Part shown: positions 36,730-53,238 of the stretch, one piece after another
How positions within the stretch are numbered: the stretch's first letter is position 1
Layout: every line of letters starts with the position of its first letter
Assembly (NCBI GenBank): GCA_963663275.1
Contig: OY760183.1
Coordinates: forward strand, 896,001-960,000
Source of the DNA: Chloroflexota bacterium
Lineage (GTDB): Bacteria > Chloroflexota > UBA11872 > VXOZ01
DNA length: 64,000 nucleotides
Direction: 5' to 3'
The notes under the pieces: generated by a model
Databases searched by the model: none
What the model was told of the DNA's origin: nothing
What the model saw: the letters and a program-made list of their open reading frames with translations, nothing else
Program-made: the position numbers and the translations under genes

Positions 36730-38826
36730 TCACTCGCCGATTTCCAGGGTCACCACGTCCACGTCCGTCAGGCGCGGCAGGGTGACGAACGTGTGTTTGC
36801 CCGCCGGACGGACCTGCACGGTCTGGCCGCTGGCCGCCCGCGCCGCGCGCACCGGCAGCGCGGACTTGACCGTCACGTCGGCCAGCGGCGTCGCTGCCGG
36901 CACGTCCACCCAGGGGCCGGCGCGCCGTCCGCGCCCGACCCCCGGGCCCATGGGCCGGGTCACGGGGCAGTTCACCAGGAAGACCTTGAGCAGGTCGCCG
37001 TCCCGGGTGTAGGCGGCCTCCACGTTGGGCGCGCCTTGCACGCGCAACAGGGCGGCGTAGCCGATGTACAGCAGAATCCGCATTATCATGCGTCCGAACG
37101 CCCGCGCGCCCCGCAGCATGTATTCGGCGAACGGCTCGTGGTTGCAGTAAGCGATCTGGCCTTCCCCAAAGCGCCCGAATACCACCGCCGGCATCCCGGT
37201 TTCCGTGCTCCAGCGCGTGCCGTGGCTATCCCACACCTCGCCGCGCGGCTCGACTACGGGCTTCAGCGAATAGGCCAGTTCGCCAAAGCCGGGAAAGTTG
37301 CGCAGCGGCCAGTGCCCCAGGGAACACGCCAACTCCCAATCGGGAATCTCCCACGCCTCCGGCGCGTGGACGTACCAGCCGTCCTGGCGCGCGTGGCCGT
37401 GGTCTTGGCGCTCGGCCAGGATGATGCCCAGGTCGCGCTGCAGGTTGTTCGCGCCGGTAACGAGCATGCGGCCGCCATTTTCCACGAATTGCCGCAGGAG
37501 CGTGAGCGACTCCGGCTTGAGATCGCCGGGGTGCGCGACGATGAGCGCCTTCAAACCGGCGAGGTCGTCCGCTTCCAGCACGTCGTCGCACACCAGCCGG
37601 AAGGGAAAGTGCTGCTCGGCCAGGTACTTGTACGCGCCGGCCGTATCGCGGCTGAAGCCGGCTGTAGTAGGCACGGCGCCCAACGCCGTCTGCTCTTCCG
37701 AGAAGAGCAGGCCCACGTCCGCGTACGCCGTTGACGCGGCGCGTTCCTCCGCCAGCGGCCCGATCTTCTTGAAGGTTGCGGCCACTTTGTCCAGCGCCGG
37801 TTTGCCAAAGAAGCCGCTGCGCGCGTCCGGCGCGCCCCAGAGCACGGTGGCGTCGGCCCCGGCGCTGAGCGCGCTGGCGGCCTGGTAGGTAAGCTGGCTT
37901 TCGCTCACGCCCCCGTACATCACGTTGTCCCAGCAGAAGGCGATTTCCACGGGACGGCCCCGCGCCAGCGCCCGCAGGCGGTGCGTCTGCTGCGCCGGCA
38001 GGAAGAAGTTGGCGCCGGTGGCGTCGGATTCGCCAAAGAGGTAGTCGTCGTGGGTGTAGGGCCAATAGGCGTTGTGGGTGAGTTGCACGTCCCGGCCGCT
38101 GGCGCGGATGCGTTCCTTCACGCCCGCCAGGTAGGTTTCCACTACGCGGTTGCCGAAAGCGGCCAGGCGCGCGCGGTGTTCCCGCCCGAAACGGCCGCGC
38201 CGCCCGCCGCCGGGGCGCCGCCTTCGCGAACGCGGGCCGGGGCCCGGTCGCGGTCGCGGCGGCTCGGGCAATGGTTCGCCAAATTGCTCCCGCCACGCCG
38301 CCTGGCAGTAATCGCAATAGCACAGCGCCCGGTAGTGGACGATGTCCAGGAAGAGCCGGTCAAAGGTATAGCCGGACAGCAGTTCGTCGAGCATTGTGTA
38401 GGTGTAGTCGCGGTAGGGAGAATTGAGGCAGAGCCAACGCCAGCGCGTCGGCGGGCCGGGCAGAGGATTGCCGTCCGCGTCCCGGCTGCGCCAGTCGGGC
38501 TGCGCGCGATAGGCATGCTCGTCCCAGCGGACGGAGTAGTAGAGGCCGGGATCGATGCCGCGGCGGCGGGCGGCGGCGAGTTGTTCGCCGATCAGGTCGC
38601 GCCCGCGGCCGGCGTCCTCCCCATCCAGCGCCGGATGCCGCGGGCCGGCCGTGGTTGCATAGTAGGCGTGACCCCAGTGGCACTTGGCTTGCAGCAAGAC
38701 CGCGTCGGCGCCAATCTCCTCCAGCGCCGCCATCTGCGCCTCAGGATCCACCTGGGAGAGGGTACCCGCGCCATAGGGCCCAAAGTGGTTGTCGATGAGT
38801 ATGCGTTTTGGGCCGGCCTTTGCCAT
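36730..38826 (-). CDS. Glycoside hydrolase (GHL6/alpha-fucosidase-like TIM barrel + GH42-type trimerisation domain)
   Basis: QAKCHWGHAYY, GLYYSVRWD, LCLNSPY, FLDI...CYCDYC and a later GATase-like segment (FVENGGRMLVTG). Confidence 0.75.
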   Translation of the reverse strand: MAKAGPKRILIDNHFGPYGAGTLSQVDPEAQMAALEEIGADAVLLQAKCHWGHAYYATTAGPRHPALDGEDAGRGRDLIGEQLAAARRRGIDPGLYYSVRWDEHAYRAQPDWRSRDADGNPLPGPPTRWRWLCLNSPYRDYTYTMLDELLSGYTFDRLFLDIVHYRALCYCDYCQAAWREQFGEPLPEPPRPRPGPGPRSRRRRPGGGRRGRFGREHRARLAAFGNRVVETYLAGVKERIRASGRDVQLTHNAYWPYTHDDYLFGESDATGANFFLPAQQTHRLRALARGRPVEIAFCWDNVMYGGVSESQLTYQAASALSAGADATVLWGAPDARSGFFGKPALDKVAATFKKIGPLAEERAASTAYADVGLLFSEEQTALGAVPTTAGFSRDTAGAYKYLAEQHFPFRLVCDDVLEADDLAGLKALIVAHPGDLKPESLTLLRQFVENGGRMLVTGANNLQRDLGIILAERQDHGHARQDGWYVHAPEAWEIPDWELACSLGHWPLRNFPGFGELAYSLKPVVEPRGEVWDSHGTRWSTETGMPAVVFGRFGEGQIAYCNHEPFAEYMLRGARAFGRMIMRILLYIGYAALLRVQGAPNVEAAYTRDGDLLKVFLVNCPVTRPMGPGVGRGRRAGPWVDVPAATPLADVTVKSALPVRAARAASGQTVQVRPAGKHTFVTLPRLTDVDVVTLEIGE

Positions 38827-39026
38827 GGGGTGTCTCCTTTTTCCGGCGGCGAGATTGCCTGCGCTCGGCACGTTTCCCCTCAATGCTACTCAAGCGGCGT
38901 CCGCTTGCCAACCGGTTGCCCCTCCCGCCTTCCGCAGACCGCGAACAGGGCCGAATTAGAGCGGCCCGCGCGCGAAAGAGTATGATAGGCAGCAAAGTAA
39001 GTACGTCCTTCGGTGGAGATTGCGGA

Positions 39027-42026
39027 GTGAAGGCGCGCCTGCCCCACATTGCCACGGATACGGCTACGCCGCTGCCCCTGCTTGCCGATTTGCGGCAGGC
39101 GGTGGCGGCGGAGCTCGAGGCCGCGCGCGCGCAGGCGGCGCTGGTGCGCGTGGAAGTCTTGTCCGGCCGGCGGGGCGCGGCGGCCGGCGGCGGCCACCTG
39201 TACACCTTTCTGCTCAGCGCGCTGCTCCCCGTCCCGGACGATACGCCGGGCGAGCTCCACATTGGCCGCCGCGTTCACCACTGCCGCATTGTGGGCGTGG
39301 AGGGGTTGCGGGTCACCGTGCTGATGGCGGAGGCGCCGGCGCGCTTCATCGAGCGCGCCACCCTGGCGGCGCAGCCCTGGACGGCGCTGGCGCGCCTCGA
39401 TGCGGCGCTGGCGAAGCGCGCGGCGGGCTCGGGACTGAGCGCGGCGCTCTTCAGCGGTGAATCGGCGCGCGTGGAGCGGATTGCCCCGGCGGCCGCCGGG
39501 CCTGCCGGCCCGCCGCTGGCGGAGACGCAACGAGCGGCGCTGGCGTCGGCCCTGGAACGCGCCGTGACGGTCGTCACCGGTCCGGCGCACGCCGGCAAGA
39601 CGCATCTGCTAAGCCGGATTGCCGCGTCCTACGCGCAGGCGGGTTTGCGGGTGCTGCTGCTGGCCCCGTCCCACGACGCCATCGACACGGCGCTCCGCTC
39701 CCTTGCCGCCGGCGCCGCCAGCGACGCGTATGCCGCCGGCAAACTGCTGCGGAACGGCTGGAGCGCGGAACCGTCGCTGGAGCAGGCCTTTCCCCTGCTG
39801 GCGCCGGAACGCGCCGCGCGCCTGCTGGAGGCGGAGCGGGAGTGGGAATTGGCGGCGCTGGATGGGGAACGCGCGGCCTTGGCGGAACGGGAGCAGGCTC
39901 TCGGCGTCTTGCAGAAGGCCGCGGCGTTGGCGCAACAGGCCGCGCGGGAGCGCGACGCGGCGCAGGCGGAAGTCGACGCGCTGGCGGCGGGAACGGCTGC
40001 CGCGCCCGGCAAGAGCGGCGCGCCCACCGGCTGGCGGCGCTTGCTGGAGCGTTGGCAGCGGCTATGGCGGCTTGTTCTTCGTCTCACCGGACGCGCGGCG
40101 CGGAGTTCCGTCAGCGCGTACCGCGATAGCGCCGAACGGCGGCGGCAGGAGGCCTATGGTCAGGCGCAACGGCTGGCGGAGGCGCGGCGGCGCGTTGAAG
40201 AGAAAACCGCGGCCGCGTCTCGCCTGGAGGCGAGCGTCCGCCAACAGCTTGCGCAATACGATCTGAGCCTCGACAATCTCGACGCGGCGCGCCAGGCGGC
40301 CGCGGACCGCGCCCGGACGCTGGCGGAAGAGCGCGAGCGGGCGGCGAGTACATTAAGAGGAAGCCGCCGCGCCGTCCAAGAGCGGGCGCTGTTGGTGGCG
40401 AGCACGCTTACGCGGGCGCTGGTGGGCGCAGCAGGCGCGCCGGAGGCGTTCAATCGTCAGTCGCAGTCTTCCGACATCGGGTCTGAATCATTCGATTTCC
40501 AGTCGGATTCATTCGACTTCCAGTCGGATTCATTCGACTTCCAGCCGCAGTCATTCGACTTTCAATCGGAGTCGTTCGACGTGGTGCTGATCGACGATGC
40601 GCAGCGCGTGCCCTTGCCCCACCTCTACTGGGCGGCCGGACTGGCGCGCGGGCGCGTGGTGGTGGCGACCGAACCGGCGGCGCTGCAACTCTGGCACTGC
40701 GCCCAGCAGGCGGTTGCCCGCCGTTGGTTGGGTAGTTCTTTCGCCGCGTACCTGGGCGGACGGCGCGCGCGCGGCGCGGCGGCAACGCTCGCCTTGGCCG
40801 AGCGGCACGCGGTCGCTCCCGCGTTGGCCGAAACCGTTGCCGGCTGGCTCGGCGCGGCCGGCGGCGCCAGCGGGCAAGGCGCGCCGGACGCGCCAAGACA
40901 CCGGCCCGCGCCGCAAGGCGGGGAAGAGCGGCGCGCCCCGGCGCGGGGCCGCCGCCAAGCGCCGCTGGCAAAGGCGTTGGCCGCCGCCAGTCCCGTGTTG
41001 CTGGTGGATACCGGCGTGCTCACGCCGTGGTGCGCCGCTTTGCCGCGCCACGGGCGGGTGAATCCGGCCAGCGCCCTCACCGCGGTGGCGCTGGCGCAGC
41101 GGTTGCGCGCGGCGGACGCCGGGGCGTCCATCGCGCTCATTACGCCATACGCGGCCCAGGCGCGGCTGCTGCTCCACCTGGCGCGGGACCGGCAACTCAC
41201 CGACGCCATCGGCATCTACGCGCCGCCGTGCCTGCCCTCCCGGGCGGCGGACGCGGTCATCCTGGACACGGTGGAAGCGCCGGGCCGGTTTACCTGGTCC
41301 GCGCTGGACGACTCCCGGCCGGATTCCCCGGCGCACGCCCTCTTCAGCGGCGTCTGCGCCCAGGCGCGGCAGCGGCTGCTGCTGGTGGCGCACGGCAAGC
41401 ACGTGCGCGCCGCCTTTGGCGGGCGGTCGCTCCTGCGGCGGATGCTGAGCGACGCCGAGGAGGCCGGTTGGGCGGCGTCCGCGGGCGATCTGGTAACAAG
41501 CTACCGCGCCGGGGCGTTGTCCCGCGTTGCGCAAGCGGCGGGCGCGCACGACGACGGCTGGAGCCTGCTGTTGCAAGATCTGGAAACGGCGCGGCGGGGC
41601 GTTACCCTCTGGAGTCCCTACCTGGCGCTGAACACCGTTGAGCGCGTGTTGGGCCGGCTGCCGTCCGCGCTGCTGGAGCGCGGCGCGGTGCGTCTGGTCA
41701 CGCTGCCGCCGGAAGACCTGCGCGGCGGGCAGCGCGCCCAGTCGGCCGCGGCGCGGCGGGTGTGCGAGCAGGTGGGCGTGGTGGTGACGGAGCAGAACGC
41801 CCTGGCGGCCAATCTCGTGACCGTGGACGACCGCGTGGCCTGGGAGTGCACGCTCCCGCCCCTGAGCGCCGGCAGCGGCGGCCTGCAACTGCGCCGCATC
41901 CGGAGCGCCCCGGTGGCGCGCCTGCTGCGCACGCTCCTCTCCGAAGAGGATACCGGCGCAATCACGCCGGACGCCGCCTTCTTCATGCCGTTCACCGACG
42001 CGGATACCCCGACGCCGCGCGATTAG
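39027..42026 (+). CDS. DNA2/NAM7-like SF1 helicase with C-terminal PLD-like domain, catalytic motifs degenerate
   Basis: GPAHAGKT, VLLLAPSHDAID, VVLIDDAQ, IALITPYAAQ, ADAVILDTV; C-terminal LWSPYL...LVTVDDRVAWECT. Start uncertain. Confidence 0.75.
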   Translation: MKARLPHIATDTATPLPLLADLRQAVAAELEAARAQAALVRVEVLSGRRGAAAGGGHLYTFLLSALLPVPDDTPGELHIGRRVHHCRIVGVEGLRVTVLMAEAPARFIERATLAAQPWTALARLDAALAKRAAGSGLSAALFSGESARVERIAPAAAGPAGPPLAETQRAALASALERAVTVVTGPAHAGKTHLLSRIAASYAQAGLRVLLLAPSHDAIDTALRSLAAGAASDAYAAGKLLRNGWSAEPSLEQAFPLLAPERAARLLEAEREWELAALDGERAALAEREQALGVLQKAAALAQQAARERDAAQAEVDALAAGTAAAPGKSGAPTGWRRLLERWQRLWRLVLRLTGRAARSSVSAYRDSAERRRQEAYGQAQRLAEARRRVEEKTAAASRLEASVRQQLAQYDLSLDNLDAARQAAADRARTLAEERERAASTLRGSRRAVQERALLVASTLTRALVGAAGAPEAFNRQSQSSDIGSESFDFQSDSFDFQSDSFDFQPQSFDFQSESFDVVLIDDAQRVPLPHLYWAAGLARGRVVVATEPAALQLWHCAQQAVARRWLGSSFAAYLGGRRARGAAATLALAERHAVAPALAETVAGWLGAAGGASGQGAPDAPRHRPAPQGGEERRAPARGRRQAPLAKALAAASPVLLVDTGVLTPWCAALPRHGRVNPASALTAVALAQRLRAADAGASIALITPYAAQARLLLHLARDRQLTDAIGIYAPPCLPSRAADAVILDTVEAPGRFTWSALDDSRPDSPAHALFSGVCAQARQRLLLVAHGKHVRAAFGGRSLLRRMLSDAEEAGWAASAGDLVTSYRAGALSRVAQAAGAHDDGWSLLLQDLETARRGVTLWSPYLALNTVERVLGRLPSALLERGAVRLVTLPPEDLRGGQRAQSAAARRVCEQVGVVVTEQNALAANLVTVDDRVAWECTLPPLSAGSGGLQLRRIRSAPVARLLRTLLSEEDTGAITPDAAFFMPFTDADTPTPRD
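40446..40580 (+). repeat. In-frame 21-bp tandem repeat (SFDFQSD-like)
   Basis: About six TCATTCGACTTCCAGTCGGAT-like units directly before Walker B. Confidence 0.9.
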
Positions 42027-42159
42027 TCTCCCTCTCCCCGAGGAGACCTTTGCAAAACTCTGTCATTCCGGCGAAAGCCGGAATCCAGACCGCATTTACA
42101 ACTAAGAATAGCCTGTTTTCAAGCCTTTACACCCCCATCCCAACCTTCCCCCTCAATGG

Positions 42160-42331
42160 CTGACAGGGGTAGGCACGTGTCATTCCGAGCGGAGCGTCGA
42201 ACAGGGTTCGCGGAATCTAGAACCGACGTTTTTGCAGCGAAAGCCTTAGATTCCGCGCTCTTAGCGACTCTCCGCTGCGCTCCGTTCGGAATGACACGTG
42301 AAGTCGGACATAGAACACATACCCCTGCCAG
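42160..42331. mobile_element. MITE-like element (copy 4)
   Basis: CTGACAGGGGTAGGCA...TACCCCTGCCAG ends; same body as the other copies. Confidence 0.8.
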
Positions 42332-42978
42332 CTCTCCCTGGGGAGAGGGCCGGGGTGGGGGGAGTAGGGCAAACTCCCCGGATTTTCTCCAATTCTCTCG
42401 AATTTTCTCTGATTTCCCCGTCAAATCCCTTGCACTATCTCTTCAGGCATGATATTGTTTCTATTGAAAATAGTTTGTGAGCGAAACTAATTCATGATGA
42501 TACCAAAGAACATTAGATAGCACAGTATCAGAGGCGCCACAGTACAGCGAGAGCAACAGATGGACAACAAGATTATATCGCGCATGGCCGAGAGGTTCGG
42601 GGCACCGCTCCCGCCTCTCGCCTTGCCGTCCTCCATCCCCGCACCGGTTGCTCCGTCCTTTGGCCGGGACGGAGCGCCAGTGTTCGCCGGTTGGAGCGCG
42701 GCGGAAGCGCGCATGAGCAGTGGCATGGAAGTAGCCGGCACTAGCCAAGCGGTTACAGCGCGGAGGCAAGCGAGGATGGAACGTACGTAAGCAGGAATGG
42801 CGGAGCGTGGCCGCGGAAAGAGACGGCACGCTCGCAGGTAGCGCCGCCAGCGCGCGCCCGCCAAAAGACGCGGCAAGCCGATGCGAAGCAGGAGACGTGA
42901 GAGAAGGCTTGCGGCAGGATTGCGGTCGAGAGCGAGCGCGGCGGTAGGGGATAGAGTTCGGCAAGGGCACAGGAAGCT

Positions 42979-48747
<5,769 letters not shown>

Positions 48748-48920
48748 CGCCAGGCCGCCTGAGGTAGGGTGGCGGCTTGGCAGAGTCATCCGGCTGCGGG
48801 AAGCCTCCCGGGGGCAGCCTTATCGAGAAAGGCTTCCCCCCGGGAGGCTTGCTTGACTTTGGGCACGCCGCCGCGCCCGCGTGGGGGCCAACTCCGCAAG
48901 ATTCGCTCGCGTGAAGCCGC

Positions 48921-50516
48921 CTATTCGGAGAAGAAGTAGCCCGCGCCGAAGTGGAGGCCGTCGTGCAAGATGAGCAAGAGGCGCTGCTTATCCTTCTCGG
49001 GCGTTTGCGGATTGTCCGCATCCAGTACGTACCACGTCCCTTCCGGCGTGCCGGTCTTGCTGGAGTGTGAGCCGACAACTTTGGGAGCGATCGCGTACGT
49101 GAGGATGATGCCGTCGCTATTCCTGAGCTCCAAGAACCACTGCTGCTCGATGCTCTCGACGCTATTGTAGTATTCCACCGTGGCCTCGAGGCCGTGTTCA
49201 TCATAGTAGGCGATGGCCTTTTCTATGTACGCCCGCGTGGCCGCTTCGGGGTCAGACAGCGGATAGTAGCCTGATGCGAAGATGAGATTGTCGTGCCGTA
49301 CCGCGTACGCTATCTTGGGCGCGTCCTGCAAGGTGAAGGGGTGCGGCCACAGGTACTCGATCCAATGCCCTTCCGCCGTGGCGTTGGCAATTTCCTTGCC
49401 CAGTTCGTAGCCGGTAGAATCCACCACCTGCTTGATGTCCGTGCCGAGCAAGTGCGGCAAGAGCGAATGCACGATGTAGATGTCGTCGGCGTTCGTCACG
49501 AAGAGATACCACTGGCCTTCGAAGCTGGCCACGCTTTGGTAGTAGTGCTTGAAGGCCTGCAGACCGACGCGCTCATAGCGCTCAATTGCATTCTGAACGT
49601 AGGTTACTGTGTATTCATGCGGATCAGCGTTCTGCCAGACTGGCGCTTCCGCATCCTCATCCGGCGTATAGTAGCCGGAGGCAAAGATCAAGCCGGCATG
49701 GCGGATAGCCCACGAACTCTTCGGCTCTTCCAGCCCGCTGATCGGATGCGGCCACAGGTAGTCCACCCAGTGGCCTTCCGCCGTAGCCCTGGCAATCTCT
49801 TTGCCTAACTCGTAGCCGTCGGAGCCCACCACGTTCTTGATGTCCGTATCCTTCAGGTGGGGGAAGATCGGATGGACCAGGTAATTGTCATCTGCGCCGA
49901 TGAGGAACAGATAGAACTGCCCCTCCAGGCTCTCGCGGCTGTTGTAGCGCGCTATCGTTGCGTCCAGCCCCTCGCGGTCGAAGAAGCTTATCGCGCGCTC
50001 TACGTAGTCCTTGGTGGCCTCGGCCAGGTTCTTCCTCAAGACGGCGTGGGTCGAGACGAAGATCAGTCCCTCGTGCAATATGGCCACAAACTCGCCCGGC
50101 TCTTGCTCGCCGGTCTGCGGATTCAGGGTGAAGCCCTGAAACCAGTACCCTTCCGCGGTGGCTTGGGCGAAGCCGCGCCCAAGCGGCGTGTTAGGTCCGC
50201 TGAACGCGGATGTCCCTATCATTGCCCGATATATCGAGGTGGTCAAGACCGTTTGCTCACCGGCGCGCAGCAGCATCAGGCTCCGATCATCTTCTATGCT
50301 CTCACGGCTACCGTAGAACTCGATTACCGCATCCAGCCCGTCCTGCTCGTAGCGTTCGATCGCCTTCTGCACGTATGCCAGCGTCACGTCGCGGGCGCTG
50401 GGCGGCTCCGCTGGCGCTGGCGCCGGCGTTTCCACCATTACGTAGCCGCAACTCGACAAGACCAGTAAGAAGGCCAATGCCGCCAAGATGCTCACACGCA
50501 GTTTCAAGCGCGTCAT
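48921..50516 (-). CDS. Lipoprotein with four tandem Cache-like domains
   Basis: LSSC lipobox; four units of YV..AI..Y...GL.A....Y...S.EGQ.YLF...GHW..YLWPHP...RH..LIFASGYY. Confidence 0.85.
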   Translation of the reverse strand: MTRLKLRVSILAALAFLLVLSSCGYVMVETPAPAPAEPPSARDVTLAYVQKAIERYEQDGLDAVIEFYGSRESIEDDRSLMLLRAGEQTVLTTSIYRAMIGTSAFSGPNTPLGRGFAQATAEGYWFQGFTLNPQTGEQEPGEFVAILHEGLIFVSTHAVLRKNLAEATKDYVERAISFFDREGLDATIARYNSRESLEGQFYLFLIGADDNYLVHPIFPHLKDTDIKNVVGSDGYELGKEIARATAEGHWVDYLWPHPISGLEEPKSSWAIRHAGLIFASGYYTPDEDAEAPVWQNADPHEYTVTYVQNAIERYERVGLQAFKHYYQSVASFEGQWYLFVTNADDIYIVHSLLPHLLGTDIKQVVDSTGYELGKEIANATAEGHWIEYLWPHPFTLQDAPKIAYAVRHDNLIFASGYYPLSDPEAATRAYIEKAIAYYDEHGLEATVEYYNSVESIEQQWFLELRNSDGIILTYAIAPKVVGSHSSKTGTPEGTWYVLDADNPQTPEKDKQRLLLILHDGLHFGAGYFFSE

Positions 50517-50757
50517 GCTCCGCTCCCTTCCTTATGGCTCTCCAGTCCTTGCTGCCTTCACCAAAGTATACCATAGAAATATGCAAATACACATACTATA
50601 AAAGCAATGAGTGTAATGCAGCATGACGTCTGAGTTGGACGATTGCAATCGCCGCGTCGCGGACGGAGTAAGGTTCGCCGCACGCAGGACCTGAGTCAAT
50701 GCGCCGCTTGCGCCCTGCCGGGGCGGCAGCCGCTCATTGGCCTGGTTGCGCGCGCTG

Positions 50758-51699
50758 CTAACGCTGCGCGCGCTGCGCCGCCGTGATCTGGGCCTCGATT
50801 GCCGCCACCGTTTCACCCGTCCAGAGCGATTGCGCCGGCGCGACCGGCGCCAGGCGGGCGGGCGCCTGCGTGTCGTCAATCCCGGCCAGGGTCTGCTGCG
50901 GGCACACGAGCCGCCACGGATCGCCGCGCAGCGCCAGCACGTAATCTTCACCTTGGGCAAGCAGCGGTTCGCGCTCGCCGTCCTGGAGTATCGTGAGCAC
51001 GGCGCCGGGGCTAACCTGCTCCCGGTATAACGAATAGGGGTACAGCGAACGGTCAACCCGCACCACCTGCCACGCCCAGCGTTGGTTCGGCCCCAACGCG
51101 CGCCGCTCGACACGGCCCACGATGAACACCCTGTCCGGCTTGACCACGTCGCTGATCTGCGCGCACGCCGGCGCCGGTTCAGGCTCCGGCTGGGGCTTAA
51201 TGTAGTACACGAAGCGCAACACACTGGCGTTGGCGCGGGCCTCGATCTCCCAGCAGCCGGCGGTGGGGAAGATCAGCGTGCTCGCCTGAAAGTCACCGGC
51301 GTACCCCTCGGGAATCGCGGCCCAGAGCGGGGCGGCGTCACCGTCCAGGCGGCGTCCTTGCACCGCCAATTTCGAGCCGACCGGCTTGATCCAGAGCACC
51401 TTCTGGCTGCCTTGCCGCCAGGGCGCTACCACCGCCCAGATCGCCTTGTCATCGCTAACGAAATAGAGGCCGGGCGGCAGCGGGTCGCGGTAGTCTGAAT
51501 CCGGCGGCGTCGCAATGCTGGGAACGCTTATGGGGCAGTCCATGCCGTGGGCCGCCTGCGCTTCACCTTTGGCGCCGGGACTTTCCGCCGCTTCATTGAT
51601 CACCGGCGAACGTTCGCTTGGCGCTAAGGCGCAGCCTGTGACGGCGATCCAAAGTATGAACACCAGAATCAACAACGCAATTCGGCTTGGATGCCGCAT
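50758..51699 (-). CDS. Hypothetical lipoprotein
   Basis: VTGC lipobox; KVLW...GRRLDG...FQASTLIFPTAGCWEI motif. Confidence 0.7.
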   Translation of the reverse strand: MRHPSRIALLILVFILWIAVTGCALAPSERSPVINEAAESPGAKGEAQAAHGMDCPISVPSIATPPDSDYRDPLPPGLYFVSDDKAIWAVVAPWRQGSQKVLWIKPVGSKLAVQGRRLDGDAAPLWAAIPEGYAGDFQASTLIFPTAGCWEIEARANASVLRFVYYIKPQPEPEPAPACAQISDVVKPDRVFIVGRVERRALGPNQRWAWQVVRVDRSLYPYSLYREQVSPGAVLTILQDGEREPLLAQGEDYVLALRGDPWRLVCPQQTLAGIDDTQAPARLAPVAPAQSLWTGETVAAIEAQITAAQRAQR

Positions 51700-51918
51700 T
51701 GTCCTGCCTTTTCGTGCTAAGGTGGTTTCCTTGTAGCCCCTGTGTGTGCGGAAGCACAGCCCAATTGCCACCGCAGCTCTTCCCAAGACGGCGCTGGCTT
51801 TTCAAACACGTTAGCGCCTCGATGCACTTGGTTGAATTGTACACATTACCAAGGCGAGTGCGGTACCATAAAGGGGACATTTTCTCATTGGAATCACTCA
51901 AGCAGGAGCCAGGAATAG

Positions 51919-53238
51919 ATGATCGAAGTAGCAGACCAGGTCTTGCCGGTTTCGGCGGAAGTGTCGGACGGCGGCGTGCTCGCCATTGGAGGCGTGCCCG
52001 TCACGGAGTTGGCGCGGGAATTCGGCACGCCGCTCTACATCTACGACGAAGCCACCCTGCGCGCCAACATGCGCCGCTACGTGAACGCGCTGAACGCCAA
52101 TTATCCCGACGCGCTGCCGCTCTACGCCAGTAAGGCCTACTCGGACCCCCACGTGGTGAAGATCGCCGCGGAAGAGGGCATGGGGCTGGACGTGGTCTCG
52201 GCGGGCGAAATCGCCGTGGCCGTGGCCGCCGGTTTTCCGCTGGAACGCATCTACTTCCACGGCAATAACAAGCTGCCGGAAGAGCTTGCCTACGCGCTGG
52301 AAGCCGGCGTGGGCCGCATTGTGGTGGACAATTTTCATGAAATCGACCTGCTCAACTCGATTGCGGGAGAGGCAGGCGCACCGGCGCGCATACTGCTGCG
52401 CATCGGCCCGGGCGTGGAGGCCCACACCCACGATTACATCAAGACCGGCGCGCTCGATTCCAAGTTCGGCTTTGCGCTGCCCATCGGCCAGGCGGAGGAG
52501 GCCGTGGCGCGGGCACAGGCCGCGCCGCACCTGGATCTGATCGGCATCCACGCCCACATCGGCAGCCAGATCTTCGACATCGAACCCTACGTGGACACGC
52601 TCGACCTGCTCATCGAGTTCGCGCGGGAAATGGCGGACAAGTACGGCCTGAGCGTGCAGGAGCTTTCGCCCGGCGGCGGCTGGGGCATCCGCTACACCGG
52701 CGCCGACGACCCGCCGCCGATCGAAGACCTGGCGCAGACGGTGACGGCTACGGTGAAAGACCGCATGGCTGCCCTGGGCTGGGATCTGCCGCGCCTGGTG
52801 GTGGAACCGGGACGCTCGATCGTGGGCCAGGCCGGCGTGGGCCTCTACTCGGTCGGCTCCAGCAAGACCATACCGGACGTGCGCAAGTACGTGGCCGTGG
52901 ACGGCGGCATGGCGGACAACATCCGTCCGGCGCTCTACGACGCGGCCTACACGGTGCTGGTGGGCAACCGCATGAACGACCCGGCGGAGGAGACGGTCAC
53001 GATCGCCGGCCGCTACTGCGAAAGCGGCGACGTGCTCTTCAAGGACGTGGAAATGCCCAGGCTCGAACCCGGCGACCTGATTGCCGTGCCCAGTTCCGGC
53101 GCGTACTGCCTGGCGATGTCCAGCAACTACAACCTGGTGCCGCGCCCGGCAGTGGCGCTGGTAAACGACGGCAAAGCCCGCCTCATCCGCCGCCGCGAAA
53201 CCCTGGACGACCTCATCCAGCCGCACCTGGACGTGTAG
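51919..53238 (+). CDS. lysA: Diaminopimelate decarboxylase
   Basis: GTPLYIYDE, YASKA, HGNNK, HIGSQIF, EPGRSIV, CESGD and GAYC motifs. Confidence 0.97.
   Translation: MIEVADQVLPVSAEVSDGGVLAIGGVPVTELAREFGTPLYIYDEATLRANMRRYVNALNANYPDALPLYASKAYSDPHVVKIAAEEGMGLDVVSAGEIAVAVAAGFPLERIYFHGNNKLPEELAYALEAGVGRIVVDNFHEIDLLNSIAGEAGAPARILLRIGPGVEAHTHDYIKTGALDSKFGFALPIGQAEEAVARAQAAPHLDLIGIHAHIGSQIFDIEPYVDTLDLLIEFAREMADKYGLSVQELSPGGGWGIRYTGADDPPPIEDLAQTVTATVKDRMAALGWDLPRLVVEPGRSIVGQAGVGLYSVGSSKTIPDVRKYVAVDGGMADNIRPALYDAAYTVLVGNRMNDPAEETVTIAGRYCESGDVLFKDVEMPRLEPGDLIAVPSSGAYCLAMSSNYNLVPRPAVALVNDGKARLIRRRETLDDLIQPHLDV

Noticed and set aside
51720-51918. Lysine riboswitch upstream of lysA
   Set aside because: No AGAGGUGC-type conserved core or long multi-stem leader seen.
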